Source of the DNA: an uncultured Roseivirga sp.
GTDB lineage: Bacteria > Bacteroidota > Bacteroidia > Cytophagales > Cyclobacteriaceae
NCBI GenBank assembly: GCA_943846625.1
Contig: OX044362.1
Location: forward strand, 1,596,030 to 1,660,029
Reading direction: 5' to 3'
Length of the DNA stretch: 64,000 nucleotides
Numbering within the stretch: position 1 is the first letter of the stretch; each line of letters starts with the position of its first letter. This document shows, one piece after another, positions 10,776 to 21,191 of the stretch. Position numbers and translations under genes: made by a program. The notes under the pieces are model-generated. The model did not search any database and had not been told where the DNA came from. It saw only the letters and a program-made list of their open reading frames with translations.

Positions 10776-10912
10776 ATGCGTATGTCCTGCTCTGAAATAG
10801 CATTACACAAAATAACGCGTAGTGAACACTTATATGAAACGGGCTCATAAGGAATACTACCTCTTAAGCGTCAATAGCATATTGCTATTAACTCACATCG
10901 CTTGTTTAACGA
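10743..10912 (-). ncRNA. Candidate ~170-nt sRNA
   Basis: Minus-strand TACTTTTG (-7 element) at 10924-10917; hairpin 10870-10892; region bounded by two terminators. Confidence 0.35.
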
Positions 10913-10951
10913 CACACAAAAGTATTCATCACTATAAAAGTCTTAAAACAA

Positions 10952-10983
10952 AAACAGGAGTTAGCTGTAGCTAACTCCTGTTT
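10952..10983 (-). terminator. Intrinsic terminator of the M1 peptidase operon
   Basis: AAACAGGAGTTAGC-tgta-GCTAACTCCTGTTT perfect stem, T run on the minus strand. Confidence 0.85.
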
Positions 10984-11042
10984 AAAGATTGTTTTTCTCT
11001 AAAGCCCGTGGTACCTATTTAGGATGAGGCGATTCTTTGAAA

Positions 11043-12944
11043 TTACCTCTTCTTTTCTAGTTTTTCGGCTTCCCATGAATTGTTCTTTCTGTCTGTGTCA
11101 GCCATTCTGCCAGAAGGGTCGATTACAATAGAAGCGATTTCTGAGATTGGTCTGTCAACCGTTAATTCATATGATGGGTGAGTCCAAGGCCAATCTTCAT
11201 GAACGATTCTCTTGTCATTTGTTTCGGCAGGTTTTTCACCACGCATCATTCTTAATGCCATGTAGTGAACTTCCTTGGTGCCATCTGTATAAGTCACTAC
11301 AACATCCATAGGCATTGGCATTTTCTTCACACGCTTAAGTGTGACTTTCGTCTTTTGATCTTCACCTACAACGTCTTTAATGCCATAATCAACTTGTTTG
11401 GTGGTGAACACGAAGTATTCATTGTACCAGTCAAGCTCAAGGCCTGATACATCTTCCATGACACGTAATACGTCATTTGGATTTGGATGCTTGAATTTCC
11501 ATCTGTTAAAGTATTCAAGTAGACCTCGGTCTCTGGCTTCCTCGCCAATTACATAGCCCATTTGGCTCATCCAAACAGCTCCTTTACCATAGGCAGCTGC
11601 GCTGTAAATACCATTTAAGTCATAGTGATCTGAGTGTGTGCTCATGGCCTCTTCATTGCCACTAGCCGCAGACCTTAGGTAACTCCCTTGACCTGATCTA
11701 GAACCAATGGTTTCAATGGTGGGTACAGGAGCTGATTCTCCCTTTGTAGTCATAGAAATGTGCTGAGAGATTCGGGATGATGCGTAAGACGTGAATCCTT
11801 CATCCATCCATGGGTGGAGGGCTTCGTTGCTACCTAGTACACCATGATACCAATCATGCATAGACTCATGTATTGTTACGCCAAGAAGACTTCCTCTGTT
11901 ACCTGTGATCAATGTAGACATTGGGTATTCCATGCCTCCGTCACCACCTTGGATTACTGAGAACTGTTTGTATGGGTACTGCCCAAAGTATTTATTAGCA
12001 TACTCGAATGACATTTCTGTCAATGGTCTTAGCTTCTCCCAGTTATCAGAGTTTTGTCCTTCTTGATGGAAAAAGTGAAGTACAGTACCATTTTTCATAG
12101 TTAGTTTATTGTGAAGGTACTCTGGATCTGCAGCCCACATAAAATCATGTACATCAGGCGCAATAAAATGCCAAGTTAATTTACCGTCAACTATTTTCTG
12201 ATTTACATTATCGCCAGGGTTTTCATAGCCATGGCCTATTTCAAGAGGGTTTTGCAGATAGCCTGTTCCACCAACAACATAGTCTTTGTCTATAGAAAGT
12301 TTCAATTCAAAGTCGCCCCAAACTCCGTAAAATTCACGGCCGATGTATTCGTCTGCATGCCATCCTTGGTAATCATATTCAGCCATTTTAGGAAACCACT
12401 GAGCCATTGAATAGCGTATGCCTTCAGCATTGTCTCTACCAGTTCTTCTAATTTGAACAGGCACTTGGCCTTCGAATGTCATATCAAAAGTCACTGTTTG
12501 ACCAGGCTTGATAGGGCTATCGAGTTTAACCTCGAGTATTGTTCCTACAACTTCGTATTGAAGATCTATGCCATCTTTTTTGAGAGAAAAGATCTTTTGG
12601 TATCCGATCTCATCATCTGAAAGCTTAGAAATTCTATCTCCTACTCTTCTGTCAGGATCTTGAATCGTACGAGATCTTATATCCATCATACTCCCTGGCT
12701 GAAAGGCATTAAAGTATAAATGATAGAAAACCATGTTAAGGTCTTCAGGAGAGTTATTGGTGTAATCTAATTTTTGAACACCCTGGAAGCGATTAGTTTC
12801 GACATTCATGTCAATTTCCATGTAATAATTTACACGTTGTTGCCATCTTTCATTGTCGCTTCTGTTTGCCTTTTCTTGAGCCATTAGCATTGACGCTGCT
12901 CCTAAAAGGAAAAAAACTTGAAACACTACTCGTCTTATATTCAT
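11043..12944 (-). CDS. M1 family zinc aminopeptidase (secreted)
   Basis: GGMEY exopeptidase motif, HESMH (HExxH) plus EGFTSY, AYGKGA; likely start MNIRR at 12944. Confidence 0.92.
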   Translation of the reverse strand: MNIRRVVFQVFFLLGAASMLMAQEKANRSDNERWQQRVNYYMEIDMNVETNRFQGVQKLDYTNNSPEDLNMVFYHLYFNAFQPGSMMDIRSRTIQDPDRRVGDRISKLSDDEIGYQKIFSLKKDGIDLQYEVVGTILEVKLDSPIKPGQTVTFDMTFEGQVPVQIRRTGRDNAEGIRYSMAQWFPKMAEYDYQGWHADEYIGREFYGVWGDFELKLSIDKDYVVGGTGYLQNPLEIGHGYENPGDNVNQKIVDGKLTWHFIAPDVHDFMWAADPEYLHNKLTMKNGTVLHFFHQEGQNSDNWEKLRPLTEMSFEYANKYFGQYPYKQFSVIQGGDGGMEYPMSTLITGNRGSLLGVTIHESMHDWYHGVLGSNEALHPWMDEGFTSYASSRISQHISMTTKGESAPVPTIETIGSRSGQGSYLRSAASGNEEAMSTHSDHYDLNGIYSAAAYGKGAVWMSQMGYVIGEEARDRGLLEYFNRWKFKHPNPNDVLRVMEDVSGLELDWYNEYFVFTTKQVDYGIKDVVGEDQKTKVTLKRVKKMPMPMDVVVTYTDGTKEVHYMALRMMRGEKPAETNDKRIVHEDWPWTHPSYELTVDRPISEIASIVIDPSGRMADTDRKNNSWEAEKLEKKR

Positions 12945-13024
12945 AATGATCTTGGTTTTTAATCTAGGGAGGAAATTATCAAAGTTTGAAGTCCCCAACA
13001 AATGATAATGTTTGAAAGGAGAGA

Positions 13025-15100
13025 TTATCTCATTTTATATCTGATTTGAAACTTAACATCGGTTCTTTTATTTCCAATGATTGTTTCAAGACCCGTGCCA
13101 ATCTCATTCCGATCGTAAAATGTAGTCCTAGCTATTCTCGCCCAGATGTCTATATGCGGAGTCATTCGATAGCTAAATAGGAGATAGTTCCGAATGCCCT
13201 GGCCACTGTATCCAGGTATAGAAAACGCATATAATACATCCCTTTCATAAGCATACTGACGGTTTTGTTGACCCTCTGTATCAAATAGTGCCATGCGTGA
13301 GCTTATAGAGAGCTTTGGGGTAGTATAGATGATGTCCTGCATCATAGCATACCCGAAAGTATTTTCTCCTCCAATGTCGTAGCTGCTGTATTGAGCCCTC
13401 GTTTGTCCACTCAGTGCAGAAGATATAGAATACCGTGTATTTAGCAGATACTGCATACTTCGACCTAATCGTACTTCTGTCTGGTTTGTCTCTGTGATCG
13501 TTCGGTTTTCGGCTTTTCTTTTCCCTCTCAATTGAAAGTAGGATTTTACTAGTCGATTTGGGGCTAGATTTAGGCGTACGAGATAATCACTCCCAGTTGA
13601 AGGCTTATTGATCCTAAACCTTAACCAGGGAAATCGAAATGAGTCGTAATACGCGGTCAGATTAAACTGACTATTGAGTTTGTACTTTATGCCCCAATAG
13701 ATTCCGCTTTCATTGATGTTTCTAGAGCCTTCAGCGAATGATGAACCTCTTATTGAGTGGAAGTTGCGATCATAATTCCTTACAACCATACTTAGGTCTA
13801 TTCTCTTAGATAGTCTTGAAGTAAATCCGCCTAAACTCCCAAGGCCTCCACTTTTAGAAAGTGCCATTTCACCAAATAATTGAAAACGCTGCCATTGTGT
13901 ATTGCCATATACACTTAAGTTGACATTTTCTTTCCCTGTAAATTCGAAATAATTGTAGGGTTGGTTACTTCTGAGCACCGGAATACTGAAATTATTAGCT
14001 GCGGCTATAACACCAAACTTGCTGCGTTGATCACTGGTGTAATGCAATTCGAGCCCGTAGACTTTCTCATGAATACTCTGACGATTTTCAATTTCTGTAT
14101 CCGTTCTATGTAGGCCGGTAAGCTGAATGGATGAGAAGTAGTTCACAAATGTGTCTTCCGATCCTACACGAAGGTTAGCACTTTGATTAAGTCTTGATAG
14201 GAAAATGGTTGTCGTAAGCTTAGGGCTTATTTCATAGGTGGTAGCAATGCCCCTTAGAAATCCTCCTTCAATGACTGATGTATAGGGGCTGATGCCACGA
14301 TTGACTCTCTCAAGTGTATTTACCGTTTCAGAACCTTTGCCCATGGCAAAGCCAGAACCGAATACTAATCCTTGACCAAATTGTAACTGATAGTCGCCAA
14401 TTATAATCTTGCGCCACCTCCCTTGTTTCTCTACTAATCCATGTGCAGACCAAAAGTCGTTACCAAATTTTCTAGTGGAAGGATCCCAAATTATTTGTTC
14501 ACCTGCATCCTTTTCAGTGGTGAAGCCAAAACTGAAATCACCAGCTTTCGAAACCCTATAGCGTAGATATGCCTTATCAGCAGAACCTAAATATCTAGAT
14601 TGATCGTCACCTTCATTAATTCCATACCCTCGCTTCTTTTCAAGAATCCTCTCGTATCTCATAATTAGATAGTTGTTCCTTTCAGCTAGTATTCTCTTCA
14701 AGAGTGGTAGATCACTCTTGCTCCTATTTGTAAGTGTAACAAAGGGAAGTATACTGGTGATTGTTGCTAGATCAAATTCTTCAATGTATTGTAACTCATA
14801 GAGCGTCAGAATCCTTCCATTCTCTAATTGATACTGAATGAAGGAATCTATTTGCGTTGCAGAAAGGAGCCCGAGATTCATCAGTTCTTCTTCATTTGCT
14901 GTATTAAGGTCAATTGGGTTTTCATAGAGTAGAAGTAACCTTTCATATAGTTCTTCATAATTAAGGCCTTCTTGTTGATCGTTAAAGCGTTTTTCTACGA
15001 ACGATTGTAAGTCAAAACTAGGTTGAACTTGGCCATAAGAATAGTGTACAAGCATCAGTGCGAGTAAGGTGATCACTAGTCTGGTGCACTGAAGAGTCAT
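13025..15100 (-). CDS. Helix-hairpin-helix (ComEA-like) domain fused to a predicted outer-membrane beta-barrel
   Basis: PIDLNTANEEELMNLGLLS...ELQYIEEFD HhH motif; amphipathic beta strands; C-terminal FQIRY. Confidence 0.8.
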   Translation of the reverse strand: MTLQCTRLVITLLALMLVHYSYGQVQPSFDLQSFVEKRFNDQQEGLNYEELYERLLLLYENPIDLNTANEEELMNLGLLSATQIDSFIQYQLENGRILTLYELQYIEEFDLATITSILPFVTLTNRSKSDLPLLKRILAERNNYLIMRYERILEKKRGYGINEGDDQSRYLGSADKAYLRYRVSKAGDFSFGFTTEKDAGEQIIWDPSTRKFGNDFWSAHGLVEKQGRWRKIIIGDYQLQFGQGLVFGSGFAMGKGSETVNTLERVNRGISPYTSVIEGGFLRGIATTYEISPKLTTTIFLSRLNQSANLRVGSEDTFVNYFSSIQLTGLHRTDTEIENRQSIHEKVYGLELHYTSDQRSKFGVIAAANNFSIPVLRSNQPYNYFEFTGKENVNLSVYGNTQWQRFQLFGEMALSKSGGLGSLGGFTSRLSKRIDLSMVVRNYDRNFHSIRGSSFAEGSRNINESGIYWGIKYKLNSQFNLTAYYDSFRFPWLRFRINKPSTGSDYLVRLNLAPNRLVKSYFQLRGKRKAENRTITETNQTEVRLGRSMQYLLNTRYSISSALSGQTRAQYSSYDIGGENTFGYAMMQDIIYTTPKLSISSRMALFDTEGQQNRQYAYERDVLYAFSIPGYSGQGIRNYLLFSYRMTPHIDIWARIARTTFYDRNEIGTGLETIIGNKRTDVKFQIRYKMR

Positions 15101-15915
15101 TGAACCATTTTATAGGTTAGTCCAAAACTGTGTTGTGTACCTATTCCGCGGTTTGCGAGTACAGCATAGTCGATTTGAAAGCGTTTAATAATCAAGCGAG
15201 ATCCAAAAGAATGGCTGCCGAGAGCTGTGGATATGCCCGTTCGAAGGGTTAAGCTCTCAATTAGTTGATAGGCTAGTCCGAATTTGATGTTTGGATTGAG
15301 TTCAACATCCTTCTCGATTTCAGTGTAAATGTTTAGGAGGTCGGTGGGGTGGTAGTCGACCGATAGCCTGATAATCGTTGGTATTTTCTCTAATGTGTTT
15401 GGGGAAACTCGGGATTGAGTAAAATTATAGATGTGAGTACCTAAGGTTAACTTCGGAGTCAAATCAGCTAAGCTTCCGATCTCCGAAATAAAGATTGAGC
15501 GCTTACCGAAGCCATCAATGTTCATTTGTAGAACATTGGTTTTAATTCCCAAGCTCATGATTCCAATTTTCCGAGCGAAGCCAAAATTGATCGTCTGAGT
15601 ATTGAACAGCTCATCACCAAAACGAGATATCCCTAGTGCCAGAGTACCACTTCGGTTCGGGATGTTAATTCCAGCAGCTGCACTGTTGAAGGGAGAGAAA
15701 TCTAGAATAGTTTGATAGCCTACAATCCCAGATAGGGATTGGATATTGGCCAATCCAGCAGGGTTATTGAAAATGGCCCAGTCTTTGGTGTCCATGGATG
15801 ATATTCCACCTAAACCTAATGATATGGCCCCCTGTGGCTGTATTCCTGCCATCTGACCCCATAAAGTCAGGTTTAATGTGACACAGCTGATTAGTGTGAT
15901 GAATAATCTGCGCAC
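15097..15915 (-). CDS. Outer-membrane beta-barrel, PorV/PorQ-like
   Basis: Signal peptide, GAISLGLGG...AIFNNPAGLA N-terminal motif, LRTG, SFGLTYK terminus. Confidence 0.6.
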   Translation of the reverse strand: MRRLFITLISCVTLNLTLWGQMAGIQPQGAISLGLGGISSMDTKDWAIFNNPAGLANIQSLSGIVGYQTILDFSPFNSAAAGINIPNRSGTLALGISRFGDELFNTQTINFGFARKIGIMSLGIKTNVLQMNIDGFGKRSIFISEIGSLADLTPKLTLGTHIYNFTQSRVSPNTLEKIPTIIRLSVDYHPTDLLNIYTEIEKDVELNPNIKFGLAYQLIESLTLRTGISTALGSHSFGSRLIIKRFQIDYAVLANRGIGTQHSFGLTYKMVQ

Positions 15916-15973
15916 AAACTAATATAACGAAAAGAATTATATATAGTAAGTAAGCCACTTAATAATAAGGCTC

Positions 15974-17398
15974 TTATAGTGCTGATTTGAAATTGAAGAA
16001 GAAACCTGCATCTCCTTCACGATTAATACTATACTCTAACCTGACCACGAAATCGTAGTAGGTGACAATGTCTAAGCCTAATCCTACACTACCTATCCAT
16101 TCATTATTAAAAAAGTTGTTCCTAGTGGAAGCTATCGGTCTGCCCGCGTAGCCAGCATCCATGAAAGCCTTAATATAAACGGCATAGGGGAGCGTTCTAA
16201 ACTGATTAATAAGACTTCTTCGACTGAGTTCTTGGACTCCTTCGATCACTTTGAAGCGTAAAGAACTTCTGTTTGAGACGTATTGATTGCTTTCGATTAC
16301 GAATCTCTCGTAGCCTCGAATGAAATCAGGCTGATAGCCAAAGCCTGACCTCACGATATAAGGAATGTCTTGTGCTGAGTTATTGTATCCATCAATTCTA
16401 TTGGCGAAATAGAATTTGCCACCTAAGTCAAAGAACTTTGCAAAAGTCAGTCTAGTGGTAAGCATATCAAAGTTATTCTTCATGCCGATACCAAATTGGT
16501 TTAGCTGAACTGTTAACAAACTACCGGTTAGCGGATATGCGATATAATCTCTTTTGTCCAGTGAAAAGGTATATGAAAGTCTTATATAGTCTTGAATACT
16601 TTGATTTCTTATGTGATAATCAGGGTTGAGATCCCTTATAGTGTCATTGACTGAGGATCTAGAATACCCAATATTTAAGCTGTGTCTGGTATAGAAGGAT
16701 TGACGAAGTGTTATACTAGCACTTGTATTGAATGCTCTTCTAATAACGTTATCGCTTTCGACAAACTGAGCTCTATGCGAAATGGAATTAACACCAACAG
16801 TCTTGTTGGTGGTATAGCTCGTTGAGAATCCTATCCCTATAGTCTGTTCAGCATTGATATACGGAGCTTGGTAGCTAGCAGAGAACTGCTTAGCAAAACC
16901 AAACTGGGCACGTACTCGGAGTCGATCATTTCTGCCCGTTAAGTTAGTGTGGATTAATTGTGCCCCATAATTTACACGACCAAAGTCTCTATTTTGATTT
17001 ATCCACCATTCTGTGAAGTTTCGATCGGCAAGTTTAAAAATGGGTAAAGGAAAGATATACCACCGTTCTTGAACACGAATGAGTACATCGACTTCTGTAT
17101 CTGACATGAAAAGAGGAACTATCTCTACAAGGGTAAATAGGCGGGTATTGGTGAGTTTCTGTTGGCCAAGTGCTGTTTCCTCAGCAAAATCTGCAAGTTT
17201 TAACTCATCACCTTCGCTATAGTCAAGTTCTCTTAGAACGATTTCTAAGCGTGTTTTATCATTCCCTGTTACATAGATTTTACCAATTTTTACGGTAGAC
17301 TCTGGGTCAAGGTCAGCTACGCTTCCTGTTTGCGCAAAGCCAGGGGTAGCTAAAATGCAAACTATTATAAAACACCACCAACTTCGATTCCTTAACAC
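15974..17398 (-). CDS. BamA/TamA (Omp85) family protein with POTRA domain
   Basis: IYVTGNDKTRLEIVLREL POTRA, FIRGYE motif, AFMDAGY, C-terminal FFFNFKSAL. Confidence 0.85.
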   Translation of the reverse strand: MLRNRSWWCFIIVCILATPGFAQTGSVADLDPESTVKIGKIYVTGNDKTRLEIVLRELDYSEGDELKLADFAEETALGQQKLTNTRLFTLVEIVPLFMSDTEVDVLIRVQERWYIFPLPIFKLADRNFTEWWINQNRDFGRVNYGAQLIHTNLTGRNDRLRVRAQFGFAKQFSASYQAPYINAEQTIGIGFSTSYTTNKTVGVNSISHRAQFVESDNVIRRAFNTSASITLRQSFYTRHSLNIGYSRSSVNDTIRDLNPDYHIRNQSIQDYIRLSYTFSLDKRDYIAYPLTGSLLTVQLNQFGIGMKNNFDMLTTRLTFAKFFDLGGKFYFANRIDGYNNSAQDIPYIVRSGFGYQPDFIRGYERFVIESNQYVSNRSSLRFKVIEGVQELSRRSLINQFRTLPYAVYIKAFMDAGYAGRPIASTRNNFFNNEWIGSVGLGLDIVTYYDFVVRLEYSINREGDAGFFFNFKSAL

Positions 17399-17401
17399 CC
17401 T

Positions 17402-18529
17402 CTAAACAGATTTCCTAGACTTTATAAAGACTCTTATGAGGATGAATACCCCTAATGCGAAAAGAGGAATACTCAACAATTGTCCCATGTTGTAGGTCAT
17501 GTCATTTTCAAAGGTTACTTGGTTTTCTTTGAAAGTCTCGTGGAACCACCGCAAAGAGAAGGCCCAGACGAGGAAAATTCCAAGCAGTAATCCTTCTGGG
17601 GTTTTTTCTTTATACTTCATCCAGATGCCAAGTAGAATAAAGAATAAGACAAGTAATGTTGCAGATTCATAGAGTTGGGCAGGGTGGCGAGAAATTCCCC
17701 AAGTATGAATAGTAACAACAACTTTTCTATCAATAATTTTTAATTCATAATCAAGTGGCCCATTGTCTTGAGCATAATGTTCTCTCACACTACTATAGCC
17801 AGTTAAAATGCTCTTGACATTAGTCTCGACTATTCTACGGGCGTCAGGCTCAGATAATTGTGAGTTTTCAAAGGTCAATGTTAAGTCAACTGGGACTATA
17901 CCAGGTGCAGGTCGTTCAGTTGTACTGCCTTTAGAAGCCTCAGCTTTTTCTATTCCAAGCCCTGCATCCTCTATGATTTCTTCTGCTACCCGACCGAATA
18001 CAACACCATAATCAGATTCAGTAGGCTTGCCAATGATCTCAGAGTTTACAAAATTACCCATTCGGATGAATACAGTGGCCAAAGCAACTGTAATAACAAT
18101 ACGATCCACAATCCATAACCAATTCTGGCCTTCTCGTTTCATTTTGCGGAACTTGAAACGAAATGGAGACCAATTCGCATCAACGAAGTAGTTACTATAC
18201 AGAAAAAGAGCTGCTAATATGCCGAAAGCGGCTCCATGGCTTGCTAGTCCACCTTCCCAAGTTCTAAAGAACATCAGCGGATCAGCTAAGAATCGCTCTG
18301 GTTCATAGAAAACTAAATGCCCTAGACGGGCACCAATGATAGTGGCTAATACCATGTGAACTGTAAGGGTATCTACGTTTAAAGGATCTTTACCTTCCTT
18401 TTTGAAGATATTCACCATTATTTGGTAGCCGATGATAAACCCTAAAGCGAACAATACACTGTACCATACAGGAGGTTGAATACCTTTAATAATTTCCCGC
18501 ATTGGGTCCCAAACGATGTGTAATAGCAT
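17402..18529 (-). CDS. lgt: Prolipoprotein diacylglyceryl transferase
   Basis: IGARLGH, GGLASHG, RMGNFVNSEIIG, RHPAQLYE, MGQLLSIP. Confidence 0.95.
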   Translation of the reverse strand: MLLHIVWDPMREIIKGIQPPVWYSVLFALGFIIGYQIMVNIFKKEGKDPLNVDTLTVHMVLATIIGARLGHLVFYEPERFLADPLMFFRTWEGGLASHGAAFGILAALFLYSNYFVDANWSPFRFKFRKMKREGQNWLWIVDRIVITVALATVFIRMGNFVNSEIIGKPTESDYGVVFGRVAEEIIEDAGLGIEKAEASKGSTTERPAPGIVPVDLTLTFENSQLSEPDARRIVETNVKSILTGYSSVREHYAQDNGPLDYELKIIDRKVVVTIHTWGISRHPAQLYESATLLVLFFILLGIWMKYKEKTPEGLLLGIFLVWAFSLRWFHETFKENQVTFENDMTYNMGQLLSIPLFALGVFILIRVFIKSRKSV

Positions 18530-18594
18530 ATTGTATTAGTTTATGGAGTCAACAAATATATGGGAATTACGAAAAGGAATGGGATTCCGTCTCG

Positions 18595-20445
18595 TCAAAG
18601 GTTCATTAATTCTTCCAGCTCTTCATTGAAGCCACCTGAAAGAATAGGGAATCTACACCAAGTTCTTGGATCTACATTAAACTCATCTAAGTGAAAGGCA
18701 GGTGCAAGACGCTCTCTTTTCCATTGGTTTCTGCTCCATAGTTTAAAGAATTTGATGACATGACTTTTGAGAGATGGCTTATCTTCTAAGTTCAATAGCA
18801 CAAGTTCTTTGTATACTTCAAGTGGAGATTTATGGTCTCGAATAGCAAGTTTTTCAATCTCCACCATAATATCGTATGGCATTAAGTCATCTTCATCTGT
18901 TTGGTTTTGATCGGAAGGCCTTAGCTCTGCGGTTGGTGGAAGGGCATTAATTGGAGCTAATCCAACATAGCCTAGCTCACTTTCGGCATACTTTAGCCAT
19001 TCTCTGATAAAGTGCTTGTCAACACTCGATATAGGAGCGAGGCTACCACTTGTGTCACCATCCATTGTTGTATAGCCCACATCGCCTTCACTTCTGTTGG
19101 AAGTTGTTAAAAGTAATGTGTTCGTAATGTTGGTGAGCATCCAGATGATAGGGCTTCTTGACCTTGCTTGAATATTCTGAAGGGCCAAGTCATCTTGATC
19201 CCATGTGAGTTTTCTTTCTAACACACTTTCAATGGTGGAAGTATAAACCTTCACCGGGCTATCTATGGTCCAGTTATAGAATTTAGCTCCAATAGAGTCT
19301 GCTAAATTATTAGCTGCATGAAGTGTAGTGTCAGAGGAGTTAATCGTTCCTTGATATGCCGTATTGAATAGTTTTCCGACTATTTCTTTTTCGCTTAGGT
19401 TAACCAACTCTTCTTTGTTGATAGCCTTTAAAAAAATTGGTTTCCCTAGTTCCTTAATTCCTCTTCTGATCATTTCAGCAACCATTACAGCGCAGGTAGC
19501 GGAATCTGCACCGCCACTCAGTGATAAAGTGTAACCGTTACTTCTGCTTTTTCTTAAATAATCGAATAATGCCAATGCAGTAGCCTTTGGGAATTCGGCC
19601 TCTTTCGTTTCGATAGGTGAGACTAGGTCATTATTTGGAGCTCCTTCCTCATTTACAGCTATGTCAGTGTAAATCAGTTGATGTGATTGGAATGAAAGGA
19701 GTTCATTTCTTAAGTACATTTTCTCATCCTGAGCAATGATGATTTCACCATCATAAATCATTCTGCCTGCTTCGTTACCAAGCAAATTGGCGTAGACATA
19801 TGTACAATCAAAGTCCTTCGATGATTTTGTCACAAGCGCAATTCTATCATGCGTCTTTTGCATAGCAAAGTGACTCGCGCTAGGATTTAAAATTAGATTG
19901 ACCCCTTGGTGTTGAAGTCGACAAGCAGGACGATCATTACCTCTCCATGCGTCTTCGCAAATTTCAAACCCGATTCTCCACTCTTCAAAGTCAAAAGTTA
20001 GATCTCCAATAGGGTATTCTTTACCGAAAAGGTTAATGCGTTCGACCAGTCCTACTGGCCAAGGGTTGAACCATCGTGGTTCATAATGCACACCATCCAA
20101 GGCCATGTATTGCTTAGCATATACCCCAAGGATTTCCTTGTTGCGAACCACAACTGCACAGTTGTAGAGTTTATCTTTATGTCTTATCGGTAGGGTAAGG
20201 GCAGTAAAAATCCCTGCAGTTTCCGCAATTAATTCAGGAAGAAATGTCAGGGCCTTTTTTGAAAGCCATTGGCTTAGAAAGATGTCTTCGCACCCGTAAC
20301 CCGTAACTACTAGTTCAGGAAGACAAAGAATTTCAACTTGGCTGGCTCTCGCTTTTTCCAAAACTGCTTTCAAGTTGGCAATATTGCCAGACCAGTCCAG
20401 TGGTGTTTGATTAACTGTAGCACCAGCGATTCGATATTTTCGCAT
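18595..20445 (-). CDS. nadE: Glutamine-dependent NAD+ synthetase
   Basis: Nitrilase-like N-domain (PEL, EICED), LSLSGGADS, NIQARSR, TSNRSEGDVGY, PTAEL; ATG overlaps the rnc stop (TAATG). Confidence 0.95.
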   Translation of the reverse strand: MRKYRIAGATVNQTPLDWSGNIANLKAVLEKARASQVEILCLPELVVTGYGCEDIFLSQWLSKKALTFLPELIAETAGIFTALTLPIRHKDKLYNCAVVVRNKEILGVYAKQYMALDGVHYEPRWFNPWPVGLVERINLFGKEYPIGDLTFDFEEWRIGFEICEDAWRGNDRPACRLQHQGVNLILNPSASHFAMQKTHDRIALVTKSSKDFDCTYVYANLLGNEAGRMIYDGEIIIAQDEKMYLRNELLSFQSHQLIYTDIAVNEEGAPNNDLVSPIETKEAEFPKATALALFDYLRKSRSNGYTLSLSGGADSATCAVMVAEMIRRGIKELGKPIFLKAINKEELVNLSEKEIVGKLFNTAYQGTINSSDTTLHAANNLADSIGAKFYNWTIDSPVKVYTSTIESVLERKLTWDQDDLALQNIQARSRSPIIWMLTNITNTLLLTTSNRSEGDVGYTTMDGDTSGSLAPISSVDKHFIREWLKYAESELGYVGLAPINALPPTAELRPSDQNQTDEDDLMPYDIMVEIEKLAIRDHKSPLEVYKELVLLNLEDKPSLKSHVIKFFKLWSRNQWKRERLAPAFHLDEFNVDPRTWCRFPILSGGFNEELEELMNL

Positions 20446-21191
20446 TACTCTAGCTCTAGAATGATGCATGCCTCACGAGCAGCATCCTGTTCAGCTTTCT
20501 TCTTACTTAAACCATGCCCCTTTGCAATTGGTTCTTGATCTATTAAAACTTGAATGACAAACTCTTTAAAATGACCTTTATCAATTGTTTCAACGTGATC
20601 AAAACTAGGTGTTTTCGTATTCTTCTGCGACCACTCTATTAATTTACTCTTATGATTTTTCGTGGTATTGATGATTTCTTCAAGGTCGTAGTGAGGCTGA
20701 AGCAGTTTTCGTTGGATGAAATTACTTGTAAAGGTAAATCCTCTGTCGATATATATGGCACCAATCAAAGCTTCTAAGGCATTGCCATAAAGTGACTTAT
20801 GAGAGTTTGGAGTCTTTCTTTTCTTGTCGAATTGAACAATCTGAGGTACACCGATTGTTCTAGCAAGGTTATTCAATGAGTCTCTGCTTACGATACGGGA
20901 TCTCAACTCCGTCAAGAAACCTTCATCCTTAAAGGGGAATTTTTTAAAGAGATATTCGGCTACTACCGTACCTAACACAGCATCGCCAAGGTACTCAAGT
21001 CGCTCATTTGATTCCTTGAATCCCTCTTTGACCGATCTAGCTACAGAGGTGTGCTGTACCGCTATTTGATAGGGCTTCAAGTTAAACGGCTTGCTGCCAA
21101 CTATCATTTTGATAGAGGTAGCAAGCCGCTTCTCTTCTTTTGAATATCTTTTAATAACGGATCTTAAACGGTTAATTAAGAACCGGATCAT
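20445..21191 (-). CDS. rnc: Ribonuclease III
   Basis: NERLEYLGDAVL signature, GNALEALIGAIYID, C-terminal dsRBD (SKKKAEQDAA). Confidence 0.97.
   Translation of the reverse strand: MIRFLINRLRSVIKRYSKEEKRLATSIKMIVGSKPFNLKPYQIAVQHTSVARSVKEGFKESNERLEYLGDAVLGTVVAEYLFKKFPFKDEGFLTELRSRIVSRDSLNNLARTIGVPQIVQFDKKRKTPNSHKSLYGNALEALIGAIYIDRGFTFTSNFIQRKLLQPHYDLEEIINTTKNHKSKLIEWSQKNTKTPSFDHVETIDKGHFKEFVIQVLIDQEPIAKGHGLSKKKAEQDAAREACIILELE

Noticed and set aside
10571-10810. 79-aa minus ORF
   Set aside because: It reads through a terminator and is antisense to the VPS10-like gene end.
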